Position numbers and translations under genes: made by a program
Assembly (NCBI GenBank): GCA_963848305.1
Contig: CAWKDC010000001.1
Coordinates: 1,184,001 to 1,248,000, forward strand
Direction: 5' to 3'
Source of the DNA: an uncultured Gammaproteobacteria bacterium
GTDB lineage: Bacteria; Pseudomonadota; Gammaproteobacteria; JABCZS01
Length of the DNA: 64,000 bases
In this document: in pieces, positions 30,584-39,844 of the stretch
Layout: each line of letters starts with the position of its first letter
Position numbering within the stretch: position 1 is the first letter of the stretch
Notes under the pieces: model-generated
What the model was told of the DNA's origin: nothing
Seen by the model: only the letters and a program-made list of their open reading frames with translations
Databases searched by the model: none

Positions 30584-30946
30584 ATGCCACATGTTACCGT
30601 TGAATATTCAGATAACCTCACCCCTTATTTTGCGATCGAAACATTGTTGCCTGCGTTGCAACAAACATTCGCCTCGTTTGATACCATTATTTTATCGGAC
30701 ATCATCACGCGCGCAAAAGCCTATGCGCACTATGAAGTCGGGGACAAGGGCCGGGAAGGCGCATTCATGCATGTGAGTATTCTCATGTACCAGGGTAGGC
30801 CTCAAGCCCTGCGTACACAAATCGGAGAAGCTTTGGTGGCAGTGTTAACTGCCCATTTGACACATTTACCCGCACAACTGGCCTATACTGTCAGTGTTGA
30901 AATCCGAGAGATGGATCGGGTTAATTATTTTTATTCAAAAGTTTGA
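30584..30946 (+). CDS. 5-carboxymethyl-2-hydroxymuconate isomerase family (tautomerase)
   Basis: N-terminal MPHVTVEYSDNL with catalytic Pro, FMHV, GRP, SVEIREM. Confidence 0.88.
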   Translation: MPHVTVEYSDNLTPYFAIETLLPALQQTFASFDTIILSDIITRAKAYAHYEVGDKGREGAFMHVSILMYQGRPQALRTQIGEALVAVLTAHLTHLPAQLAYTVSVEIREMDRVNYFYSKV

Positions 30947-30970
30947 TAGACAAGGCCAGGGAAGGGAATC

Positions 30971-31705
30971 ATGACAATTCATCAATATATAGTATCTGCA
31001 TTTTCCATACTTTGCTTGAGTGGCATCGCGTCCGCGGAAGGTTATTACGTGCGCGCAGATTTCGCTTACTCTTGGTCATGGGAGCAGGAAAGTGCACAAG
31101 ATGTGGCCACGCCCCCTCCCAGCGAAGCCCTTTTCGAGCTTTCGCCTAAAGCGGTGCCGCTTGGTCAGTTTGGTTACGGCTATTTTGCTGCACCGTATGC
31201 ACGTGCGGATATTACTGCGGCGATAACTGGCGGACGCGAATATGATGTGACCTGTGCGAACAATCTGTCCACATGTCAGCCTGGTACAAAAGGGTCCGGC
31301 AAAGTCGACAGCTCCCTTTTTCTATTGAATGTATATTATGAGCTGGCTTCTCTATGGAGCCTCGAAAAATCACGTTGGCAGCCTTACCTGGGCTTTGGGA
31401 TAGGCGGTGCTTATCAAAATGCTCACGGGTTATATCTGAAGTTGCCAGAAGCATGTGATTGTTATTCCTATGTTAGCGCAAACACCCATTGGCAATTTGT
31501 ATGGCGAGGTGTCGCGGGGCTGGCAGTAGAAGTGTATAAAGGCCTTTTAGTGGATGTTTCATATGCATATACGGATGCGGGAGAAGCGCTATTTGGGGAT
31601 ACCATTACCGCTTCCTCCATGGCGGGTTCTCTCCATGTCACCGATCCTATCGGCGTAGACATGAAAACACAGGAAGCGTATATTGGCTTACGTTACCAAT
31701 TTTAA
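30971..31705 (+). CDS. Outer-membrane beta-barrel protein (opacity/OmpA-like 8-stranded)
   Basis: Signal peptide, QPYLGFGIG, VDVSYAY, terminal GLRYQF. Confidence 0.85.
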   Translation: MTIHQYIVSAFSILCLSGIASAEGYYVRADFAYSWSWEQESAQDVATPPPSEALFELSPKAVPLGQFGYGYFAAPYARADITAAITGGREYDVTCANNLSTCQPGTKGSGKVDSSLFLLNVYYELASLWSLEKSRWQPYLGFGIGGAYQNAHGLYLKLPEACDCYSYVSANTHWQFVWRGVAGLAVEVYKGLLVDVSYAYTDAGEALFGDTITASSMAGSLHVTDPIGVDMKTQEAYIGLRYQF

Positions 31706-31718
31706 GGTTGTAAGATAG

Positions 31719-32159
31719 ATGGCCGCTGCTCATTCTGATGGTTTTTATTTGCATCAATTCTTGCAACGGTTGCAAGCGTTAGAGGCACGGTTGGTTGCGC
31801 GCTTGCCGGAATCATCCGCTTTGCCTGCCCGTGCGAGTGCATTGCGTCATCATGTGGAAAAAGCAGTCATGAGCATGGGAGATACCCTGCTCGACCAGCT
31901 TCTGGAAAATGTCTTTCTGCCAGAGTTGGATCGCCTGATGTTTGATGTGCGCGAAGCGCTTCAACTCACGCAACACGCGCGCAAAGTGAAGGGAACAGCC
32001 ATATCATCTCGGCAAGCGCGTTTATTGCAACTCGGTGCGACCCTACCAGATGAGCCAGAGGTGCCATTGTTTAAGGCAGGAACACCGCCTAAGCGTGATC
32101 CCAAGAATAAAGATAAGATTGAAGATGCGTTACGACGATTGAAGGATTTTCTGACATGA
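31719..32159 (+). CDS. Hypothetical helical protein
   Basis: 146-aa ORF, translationally coupled (ATGA) to the next gene. Confidence 0.6.
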   Translation: MAAAHSDGFYLHQFLQRLQALEARLVARLPESSALPARASALRHHVEKAVMSMGDTLLDQLLENVFLPELDRLMFDVREALQLTQHARKVKGTAISSRQARLLQLGATLPDEPEVPLFKAGTPPKRDPKNKDKIEDALRRLKDFLT

Positions 32160-32522
32160 TCAACGACATCATTCAAGCCCTTGGCATTCCCCAGATTAAG
32201 CGTCATATATTTTTGTGCTGTGATCAAACCAATCCCAAATGTTGTGACAAAGCAACGAGTTTGATCGCATGGGATTATCTCAAAAATCGTCTGAAGGCAT
32301 TAGGCTTGAGTGAGCAAGGGGGCATTTTTCGTACCAAAGCCAATTGTTTGCGTGTTTGTGTACAAGGTGCCTATTGCGGTGGTATATCCTGAAGGAGTTT
32401 GGTATCATGGTTGTACGCCGGAGGTGCTGGAGGAAATCATTCAAAGCCATCTTATCGGCGGGAAAATTGTCGATCGATATTTACTGGCTAACACCCATTT
32501 GATCAAGGAATCGTCTCAATGA
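32156..32522 (+). CDS. Thioredoxin-like [2Fe-2S] ferredoxin (apparent frameshift near 32368)
   Basis: RHIFLC...[15 protein letters not shown] then [13 protein letters not shown] in the next frame. Confidence 0.88.
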
Positions 32523-33181
32523 GCATCAATGATGACAAAAAAGCCGCCGCGCAAGCAGCCCTCAAATATGTCGAAGAAGGCATGGTGATTGGTGTTGGGG
32601 CGGGTTCAACCGTGAATATGTTTATCGATTTGCTGAAAACGTTGCCTTTTGAAGTGGCGGGTGCGGTGGCCAGTTCAAAAGAAACCGCTGCACGCCTCAA
32701 GGCTGCCGGTATCCGCGTGATAGATCCAAATGCTGCGGGCGACTTGCTGTTGTACGTCGATGGCGCCGATGAAGCCAACCGTTATGGTTATTTGATCAAA
32801 GGCGGCGGCGGAGCCCTTACCGGCGAAAAAATTGTCGCGAGTTTTTGCCGAACCTTTGTGTGTATCATCGATGAAACCAAATGGGTGGATGTCCTGGGGA
32901 ATTTCCCATTACCGGTCGAAGTATTGCCCATGGCTCGCAGCAGTGTAGCCCGTCATTTGGTGCGTCTCGGTGCCGACCCTGCTTTGCGTGAACATTTTGT
33001 GACGGATCATGGGAATGTGATCATTGACTTGTACAACTTTAAGATAGTAAATCCGATCGAGATGGAAGCCACGATTAATCAAATCCCCGGCGTTGTTTGC
33101 AACGGTATTTTTGCAAAGCGCCCTGCGGATGTGATATTGGTGGGCAGTGAGACGGGCGTTAAGACGATCAAACCTGAGTGA
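32519..33181 (+). CDS. rpiA: Ribose-5-phosphate isomerase A
   Basis: [34 protein letters not shown]. Confidence 0.97.
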   Translation: MSINDDKKAAAQAALKYVEEGMVIGVGAGSTVNMFIDLLKTLPFEVAGAVASSKETAARLKAAGIRVIDPNAAGDLLLYVDGADEANRYGYLIKGGGGALTGEKIVASFCRTFVCIIDETKWVDVLGNFPLPVEVLPMARSSVARHLVRLGADPALREHFVTDHGNVIIDLYNFKIVNPIEMEATINQIPGVVCNGIFAKRPADVILVGSETGVKTIKPE

Positions 33182-33195
33182 ACGAGGAGAATAGC

Positions 33196-33333
33196 GTGGA
33201 AAAGAAGCCTTACGATACAGAAGCCTTGCGTAAAAAGTATGGCATTTTTGGGTTGAGCATCATTCAGATTGTCGGCATTATTTTTGTCTTGGCGATAACG
33301 GCAACAGTCATTTATCAATATATTTATCATTGA
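33196..33333 (+). CDS. Small 45-aa single-TM protein (not in the ORF track)
   Basis: GAGGAG RBS, GTG start, MEKKPYDTEALRKKYGIFGLSIIQIVGIIFVLAITATVIYQYIYH. Confidence 0.6.
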   Translation: MEKKPYDTEALRKKYGIFGLSIIQIVGIIFVLAITATVIYQYIYH

Positions 33334-33432
33334 ATAGTGGCGGGTTGAGTGCAATACATTGCCCGCTGATCAGAAACTGCGGCATTGGATAGGAAACAGA
33401 TTAGTGATGCAATAAAAACGCGAAGGGGTTGC

Positions 33433-33639
33433 CTACACCCCTCCCACCGCATGCGGCACTATCCACCCCATATAAAATGACAGGATCAGCACCAAGATCA
33501 GCAGCAAGCTGAGCCCCACACGCACGAAGAGCGATCTCAAGGCTTTTTGGGACGTGCCAGTTTCTTTCATCAAAAAAAACAGGCTCGCAAACAGGGCAAT
33601 GAGGATGGTGGCCATTAAGATCAATAAGATGAGTTTCAT
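33433..33639 (-). CDS. Twin-TM small protein (DUF2909/HIG1-like) of cox loci
   Basis: LFASLFFLMK...SLFVRVGLS...GWIVPH; divergent from surf1 as in cox clusters. Confidence 0.85.
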   Translation of the reverse strand: MKLILLILMATILIALFASLFFLMKETGTSQKALRSLFVRVGLSLLLILVLILSFYMGWIVPHAVGGV

Positions 33640-33708
33640 TTCGGTTCCTTTTGTCAAAATTGGCATATACTTAAGGTGTTTCAATTCACCATACATGGGG
33701 ATAGTACG

Positions 33709-34284
33709 ATGAATTCAACCAAAATCATAGTGGCCATGCTCATGATACTGTGGCTGAGCCTCTCAAGCGCGGGCTCTGTCCCTGATCCTACCCCTTGCCC
33801 GCCGGGGGCTATATGTCCTCAGCCACCCTCTATCCCTGAGCATTGGGTTTTTGATAAATCTCTCGGCAAAATGAATCATACGTTTAAATCCTTGACTGAT
33901 GAGATAAGCCTGGTGAATGGGTTGCAAGTGGCCTTGGTTGCGTTATGCAATGATCCTCAAACACCTGCAGACACCCGGACTTGTGAAGATGTCATGACGA
34001 AACCCAAATACACACAGCCCTATATGTTGAAATATGCAGGGGGTGTTTTGGATGTGAAGAAACGATTTATCTTGGGTTCATCCATCTCAGGGGTTAAAAC
34101 AGCCATCGACCAAGCGCTTGTTAACCACTCGAAGATCCATCAACTGCTTATCCAATTGAATAAGGATGCCCTGGTCAATCAGAAATCATGTGATCCTGCT
34201 AATAACCCAGGCACATTAGGAGATCTTCCTTGTGATCCTATCTATACTTCCTCTTATGAATTGTATCAGGAGACAACGCCATGA
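33709..34284 (+). CDS. Secreted Cys-containing repeat protein A
   Basis: Signal peptide, Pro-rich segment, two helix-C..C..PxYxxxYxL repeats. Confidence 0.75.
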   Translation: MNSTKIIVAMLMILWLSLSSAGSVPDPTPCPPGAICPQPPSIPEHWVFDKSLGKMNHTFKSLTDEISLVNGLQVALVALCNDPQTPADTRTCEDVMTKPKYTQPYMLKYAGGVLDVKKRFILGSSISGVKTAIDQALVNHSKIHQLLIQLNKDALVNQKSCDPANNPGTLGDLPCDPIYTSSYELYQETTP

Positions 34285-34769
34285 CAGTGGGACAATCTTT
34301 ATCACCGATAGCACGGGCACTCGCGATTCTGCTGGTAACAGCCGGGTTTTTTGTGGCCAGTGCCGAATCGCTGCCCAAACAAATTGATGAAAATTTAAAG
34401 ACTTTGCAGTCAAAATTAGGGTATTTGAACACCCATACCACTTCTTTCCTCAAAACTTGCACAAAAGCCAACAGCTGCGCACAACAAGATCAACAATACA
34501 TGCCTTATTACACGCTACAATATTGTGCGGGTACTAGCTGCGCTTATCAGCCTATTGTTTTGAAACCAGACAACGTGGCGTTGGACGGTTTGTCTTCGCA
34601 TAAGAAGGCAATAGACAACGATATTAAATATATCACGATGATCCTTGAGGTGTTGAATCACAATACGGCGACATGCTCAACTTCGAACTGTCATACGAAG
34701 CCTCAATATATTGGTGTGTATACCCTGGTTCAATGCGCTGGCCAGAATGTCAGTTCATGTCGACGCTGA
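34281..34769 (+). CDS. Secreted Cys-containing repeat protein B
   Basis: Signal peptide ending ASA; two clear internal repeats; ATGA coupling to protein A. Confidence 0.75.
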   Translation: MTVGQSLSPIARALAILLVTAGFFVASAESLPKQIDENLKTLQSKLGYLNTHTTSFLKTCTKANSCAQQDQQYMPYYTLQYCAGTSCAYQPIVLKPDNVALDGLSSHKKAIDNDIKYITMILEVLNHNTATCSTSNCHTKPQYIGVYTLVQCAGQNVSSCRR

Positions 34770-35269
34770 TCCCGCCGTCACCACCGTCCGCTCCCACTGT
34801 GGATGATCTGCTTAGCATGATCAGGGCATTGAACGTCAAGACGGAAGCCTTTTTTGCCGCATGTGACAGCAAAGTCATAAGGGATAATGGTCTTACGTCT
34901 GAGGCAGAATGTAATAATACCGGTTCTTGTCCGTATTGCGAAATCACTCTGTGGTCATGCACGAAAGGAGAAAATGGTTGCAGAGATCCCCTCGTAGCAG
35001 AGACGCGCATCACCCAGTTCTCGGGGTACCCTGCCAACTATGACTTTACCCAGTCAGCGCAAGACATTCAGGCGGCTAAAGCAGCCCTGAATACTGCAGT
35101 GAATGACCTCAATGATTCTATCGCCAATCAGAATCCACGAACCATCTATTACGTTGGCAGCAGTGCAAAATTAGGGGTGAGCGCCAGTTGTTATTATGCA
35201 GAACATTATTATTCCCAAAAGGCACCGCCGCAATGGACATTCAGGATGTCAAATGGTCAATGTTACTAG
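34757..35269 (+). CDS. Cys-rich protein C (possibly the C-terminal half of protein B through a 1-nt indel)
   Basis: No signal peptide; starts with a Pro linker and then another copy of the repeat. Confidence 0.65.
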   Translation: MSTLIPPSPPSAPTVDDLLSMIRALNVKTEAFFAACDSKVIRDNGLTSEAECNNTGSCPYCEITLWSCTKGENGCRDPLVAETRITQFSGYPANYDFTQSAQDIQAAKAALNTAVNDLNDSIANQNPRTIYYVGSSAKLGVSASCYYAEHYYSQKAPPQWTFRMSNGQCY

Positions 35270-35331
35270 GCAATGGCTTGTGAATACTCGGGCGTGGGGG
35301 GTATAATGCCCCCGCGTATCCCGAGGTTTGA

Positions 35332-36048
35332 ATGAAGCAATATCTATTAAAATGGCTCCCCACGCTGGCATTCCTGGTGATGCTGCCCTTCCTGATATCG
35401 CTCGGTTTTTGGCAGTTGTCCCGGGCGCATGAGAAAGAGGCCATTCTGGCGGCCTTGCAGGATAGCACCCATCATACCCCCCTCAGTCTAACTCAGGCTT
35501 TGCAGCATCCCGAACGATACCATTATTATGGCATTGCCATTCAAGGCCATTTCCTGCCCAACACAGATGCCTTGTTGATGCATCAAATGCAAGCGCAAGA
35601 TGTTGGGTACCATGTCCTGACCCTTTTTCAGCCAGAGACAGGCGGGAAGCCGGTCTGGGTGGATCGTGGATTTTTATCAGTCAGACACAAAAATGAAATC
35701 CCTTCGCCCCCTACCCAGCCCTTACTGATCCGTGGCATAATAGACCTCCCTGAGCCCGACCGGTTTATTCTGGGTGAGAACGTGCTGTTTCCCTCCCAAC
35801 GCCCGCTGGAAATGCAGCGTGTTGATGTGGATGAGCTTGAAAAGCTAATGGGAAAACCAGCATTACCCATCACGGTGTTGCTTGAAACAGATGTACAGGA
35901 TGGGTTGACTCGAGACTGGGAAATTGTCGTGATGCCGCCCGAAAAACATGTGGGCTACGCCGTGCAGTGGTTTGCGATGGCGCTGTGTTTGGCGGTGATC
36001 TATTTGATATTGATGTTTAAAAAGCGGGGCAAAGATGAAAAAAAATAA
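35332..36048 (+). CDS. SURF1 family cytochrome oxidase assembly protein
   Basis: LGFWQLSRAHEK, GYHVLT, VDRGF, HVGYAVQWF. Confidence 0.95.
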   Translation: MKQYLLKWLPTLAFLVMLPFLISLGFWQLSRAHEKEAILAALQDSTHHTPLSLTQALQHPERYHYYGIAIQGHFLPNTDALLMHQMQAQDVGYHVLTLFQPETGGKPVWVDRGFLSVRHKNEIPSPPTQPLLIRGIIDLPEPDRFILGENVLFPSQRPLEMQRVDVDELEKLMGKPALPITVLLETDVQDGLTRDWEIVVMPPEKHVGYAVQWFAMALCLAVIYLILMFKKRGKDEKK

Positions 36049-36556
36049 GACAGCATTAAAATTAACCTTACTACTATTGGTGTTTTTAGCCCCTTTTTTC
36101 GCCGCACTGTTTTTATACCAAGCGCGCGATGGTTTTCATTTCATGACAAACAATGCGGGGAGCTTGATTCGTCCCAGTGTTTCATTTGATCTCGTGGGTA
36201 CACTGCCTGCTGAACGGCGCTGGTGGATGGTGTATTACAGCAATGCAGGGTGTGATGCAGCGTGCGACAAAGCACTCAATCATTTTAATACCATTCGGGA
36301 GTCATTGCTTGAAGACAGCAAACGATTGGGGGTGATCCTCATCACGAAAGAGAAAGTCGAGCATGTGTCCGTGAAACATGTCGTGATCATACAAAATCAG
36401 CAACCCCTTCCAGCAGGTTTGCCGATAGAAGAAGGGCGTGCGATATGGATGGTCGACCCGCTGGGTAATATTATTTTAAATTACGATCCGGTTGCGCTAG
36501 ATAACCGATTATTATTGGATTTACGCCACTTATTAAAAGTTTCTCAAATTGGGTAA
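36035..36556 (+). CDS. Conserved cox-locus membrane protein with CxxxC
   Basis: TM anchor, N.G.LI.P, CDAAC, VDPLGN, DLRHLLKVSQIG. Confidence 0.8.
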   Translation: MKKNKTALKLTLLLLVFLAPFFAALFLYQARDGFHFMTNNAGSLIRPSVSFDLVGTLPAERRWWMVYYSNAGCDAACDKALNHFNTIRESLLEDSKRLGVILITKEKVEHVSVKHVVIIQNQQPLPAGLPIEEGRAIWMVDPLGNIILNYDPVALDNRLLLDLRHLLKVSQIG

Positions 36557-37513
36557 TGGGTCATATGATGCCACTTTTTCGACGCTTATTATTACTGTCC
36601 TGTGTATTCGCATTATTTGTAGTGATGCTGGGTGCATACACGCGTTTAACGGATGCTGGGTTAGGGTGCCCCGATTGGCCGGGATGTTACGGCCACATGG
36701 TAGTGGAAAGCACAGTTATTGACAGTACGAAAGCGTGCGACCGAAATGATTCACCGTTATTTTGCGGGCATTTTGGGTTTGTTCATCGCGGGTTTAACGA
36801 TCAGTAGTATTGTTCAGAAAAAATCAATTGCCGGTTTAATGATCATGATTTCATTGCTCGTTATTTTTCAAGCTGCACTCGGGATGTGGACAGTCACTTG
36901 GAAATTACATCCCACAGTGGTGATGGGGCATTTATTGGGCGGGATGTTGATATTCAGTTTATTGTGGTTGGCATTTTTAAAATCAGGTTCTCTTGGAAAA
37001 CAGCACGATGCGTCGTGTGGGTTTAAATTTCTATTGCGATTAGGGGTTGTGTTCGTGTTCGCTCAAATCGCGTTGGGCGGTTGGACATCCGCTAATTATG
37101 CAGCGATGGCCTGCCTTGATTTTCCCACTTGTGAGGGCAGCTGGTGGCCGGTGTCACATTTGAAAGAAGCATTCCAATTAGTCCATCCCATTGGTGCCGA
37201 TTATGAAGGCGGTGTTTTTTCACATGACGTACGCGTCACGATTCAATTTATCCATCGATTGGGCGCATTGTGCGTCACGGCTGTGTTGTTATTGATGACA
37301 GTTATTGCGATGCGAATAGCCTCATTACGCCCCGCGGCGTTGATGGTAGGGGTATTGCTGGGTGTTCAAATTGCATTGGGGATCAGCAATGTTCTATTCT
37401 TACTTCCCTTGCCTGTGGCTGTATTACATAATGGTGTGGCAGCATTATTATTAGCTGCTACCGTCGCATTGTGTTTCCGCTACAGTCACCCGCGGGGGCC
37501 ACATGTGGGATAA
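36556..37513 (+). CDS. ctaA: Heme A synthase COX15/CtaA (apparent frameshift near 36738)
   Basis: LGAYTRLTDAGLGCPDWPGCYG then EMIHRY, HLLGG, IHRLGA, LHNG in the next frame. Confidence 0.92.
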
Positions 37514-38366
37514 AGCCCGTTATTATGTTGGTCTGACAAAACCCAAAGTGGTGATCTTGATGTTGATTACCGCGTTGGTTGGGATGTTTTTATCAACAAA
37601 TACTTTGCCACCTGCGTCGATATTATTGTTGGGCACTGTTGGGATTGGGCTCGCTGCTGCGGCGGCTGCCGTGTTAAATCACATTGCCGATCAAAAAGCA
37701 GATCTGCTCATGCGTCGCACGCAAAAACGTCCGCTGCCCATGCAACAGGTGACGCAAACGCAAGCGATCATTTTTGCAATCGTCTTGACCGTGCTCAGCA
37801 TGACGATCCTCACTGTGTTTGTGAATCCATTAACCGCTGTATTAAGTTTTGCGAGTTTAATTGGTTACGCAGGCATTTACACAGGGATATTAAAACATTT
37901 GACGCCACAAAATATTGTGATTGGCGGACTGGCCGGTGCCACGCCGCCGTTATTGGGTTGGGCTGCCGTGACTGACACGATTTCTCCCCATGCGTTGTTA
38001 CTCGTGTTGATCATTTTTGTGTGGACGCCGCCCCATTTCTGGTCACTTGCCCTGCACCGCTTGGAAGATTATCGAAAAGCAAATATCCCTATGCTGCCCG
38101 TCACGCACGGCGTGCCATTCACGAAGCGTTGCATTGTTCTGTATACCGTATTGCTGTGTGCCGTGAGTATATTGCCTTTTGTCGTGGGTATGAGCCACTG
38201 GATTTATTTGATTGGCACCGTCATATTAGACGCGCTGTTCCTGGGTTTTGCGCTACGCTTATTAAGGAGGAATGAGCCTTTCATGGCGATATATACCTTC
38301 CATTTTTCGAACATTTATTTATGTGTTTTATTTACGTTATTACTGGTGGATCATTATGTACGATAA
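37503..38366 (+). CDS. cyoE: Heme O synthase (protoheme IX farnesyltransferase)
   Basis: LTKPKV, MRRT.KRPLP, NIVIGG.AGA.PPLLGW, WTPPHFW. Confidence 0.96.
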   Translation: MWDKARYYVGLTKPKVVILMLITALVGMFLSTNTLPPASILLLGTVGIGLAAAAAAVLNHIADQKADLLMRRTQKRPLPMQQVTQTQAIIFAIVLTVLSMTILTVFVNPLTAVLSFASLIGYAGIYTGILKHLTPQNIVIGGLAGATPPLLGWAAVTDTISPHALLLVLIIFVWTPPHFWSLALHRLEDYRKANIPMLPVTHGVPFTKRCIVLYTVLLCAVSILPFVVGMSHWIYLIGTVILDALFLGFALRLLRRNEPFMAIYTFHFSNIYLCVLFTLLLVDHYVR

Positions 38367-39021
38367 AAAATTAGGAAGACGGGCGATTCCCTTTGCCATT
38401 CTTGGGATATTATTGGCTGTGTTGGGTTACATGTTATTGCCGAGCACCTCGAGTGAGGGTTTAGGAAAAATTGTGCCAGTGCATGGGATTTATTTCACTG
38501 AACCTAATTATTTAAATCCTTTTCAATTGAAAAGCACCAGCAAAAGAACGACGTTCACTGATCAAGATTTGCAAGGGCACTGGACGTTGATGTTTTTTGG
38601 GTTCACACATTGTCCCGATATTTGCCCAACGACGTTGGCCATGCTGAACACTGCCATCACGGATTTTAAAAAAGCGTCACCCAAATTAAAAGAACCCAAA
38701 GTGGTTTTCGTATCAGTAGATCCTGATCGCGATAAAATCGACATGTTGAAAAAATATGTCACTTATTTCAATCCCAATTTTACAGCAGCCACTGGTAGCG
38801 AAGATGCATTGCGTGGTCTCACCCGTCAATCAGGCATTGTGTTTGATAAAATTGTATTAGATGAAGCTGATCCCAGCAATTATGCTGTTGAGCACTCAAC
38901 GAGTATCATTTTAGTGAATCCACGCGGCGCCATACAGGCGATTTTCACAGCGCCGCATGATTCGGCTACATTAACCACCGAATTAACAGCTGTTTATGAA
39001 GCTTATGGAAAGGGAAAGTAG
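38356..39021 (+). CDS. SCO family copper chaperone
   Basis: FFGFTHCPDICP, VSVDPDRD, VEHS. Confidence 0.95.
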   Translation: MYDKKLGRRAIPFAILGILLAVLGYMLLPSTSSEGLGKIVPVHGIYFTEPNYLNPFQLKSTSKRTTFTDQDLQGHWTLMFFGFTHCPDICPTTLAMLNTAITDFKKASPKLKEPKVVFVSVDPDRDKIDMLKKYVTYFNPNFTAATGSEDALRGLTRQSGIVFDKIVLDEADPSNYAVEHSTSIILVNPRGAIQAIFTAPHDSATLTTELTAVYEAYGKGK

Positions 39022-39023
39022 AC

Positions 39024-39728
39024 ATGGAATATTTATTTGACATGGGTTTGGCGTTAGTGGCCTTGACCCTGTTAGAAATTGTATTAGGGATAGATAATTT
39101 AGTATTCCTCGCGATCATGACGGAACGTTTGCCGAACGAGCAACGCAAATCGGCGCGTCGATTTGGATTAATGTTGGCGTGGATGACGCGCTTGATGTTG
39201 TTGGCGTCCGCTGTTTGGTTGACCACACTGACCGAGCCCTTTTTGACTGTTTTCAACATTGCATTTTCAGGCAGAGATTTATTTTTGTTGATTGGGGGAC
39301 TGTTTTTGCTTTATAAAGCCGTTGAAGAAATTCGCAACCTCATTGAGCCCAAGGCGGTTGAGAAATCTGTGCGAAAATCCAAACTGTTTGGCATTGTGAT
39401 CATTCAAATTGCATTATTGGACATTATTTTTTCGCTGGACAGCGTGTTGACAGCCGTTGGCTTGACGCAACAATTTGGTATCATGGCAGCAGCGATCACG
39501 GTGGCGATCATTGCCATGATATTCGCGAGCGAACCACTAACAGCCTTTATCGAGCGTCATCCCACGATAAAAATGCTCGCACTGGCATTTTTGGTATTGG
39601 TCGGTACAGTCCTAGTCGCAGATGGCATGCATTTCCACGTTCCGCGCGGCTATATTTATTTTGCCATGGGTTTTTCGTTGTTGGTGGAATGCTTGAATCT
39701 TTATCGAAAAAAAGTAAACCCCCTTTGA
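39024..39728 (+). CDS. TerC family membrane protein
   Basis: LEIVLGIDN, GRDL.L..GGLFL, DIIFSLDSV.TAVG, GYIYFAM.FS. Confidence 0.95.
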   Translation: MEYLFDMGLALVALTLLEIVLGIDNLVFLAIMTERLPNEQRKSARRFGLMLAWMTRLMLLASAVWLTTLTEPFLTVFNIAFSGRDLFLLIGGLFLLYKAVEEIRNLIEPKAVEKSVRKSKLFGIVIIQIALLDIIFSLDSVLTAVGLTQQFGIMAAAITVAIIAMIFASEPLTAFIERHPTIKMLALAFLVLVGTVLVADGMHFHVPRGYIYFAMGFSLLVECLNLYRKKVNPL

Positions 39729-39844
39729 ACTCGGGGTTGTGATTGATTAACCTACAAACCATTATCCAGCTTAGGGTATATATGCCTCTAAACGCCTAGA
39801 TAATGCTACAATAGCGCCTGTTTTCAACCTCCGAGGAGCATTAT

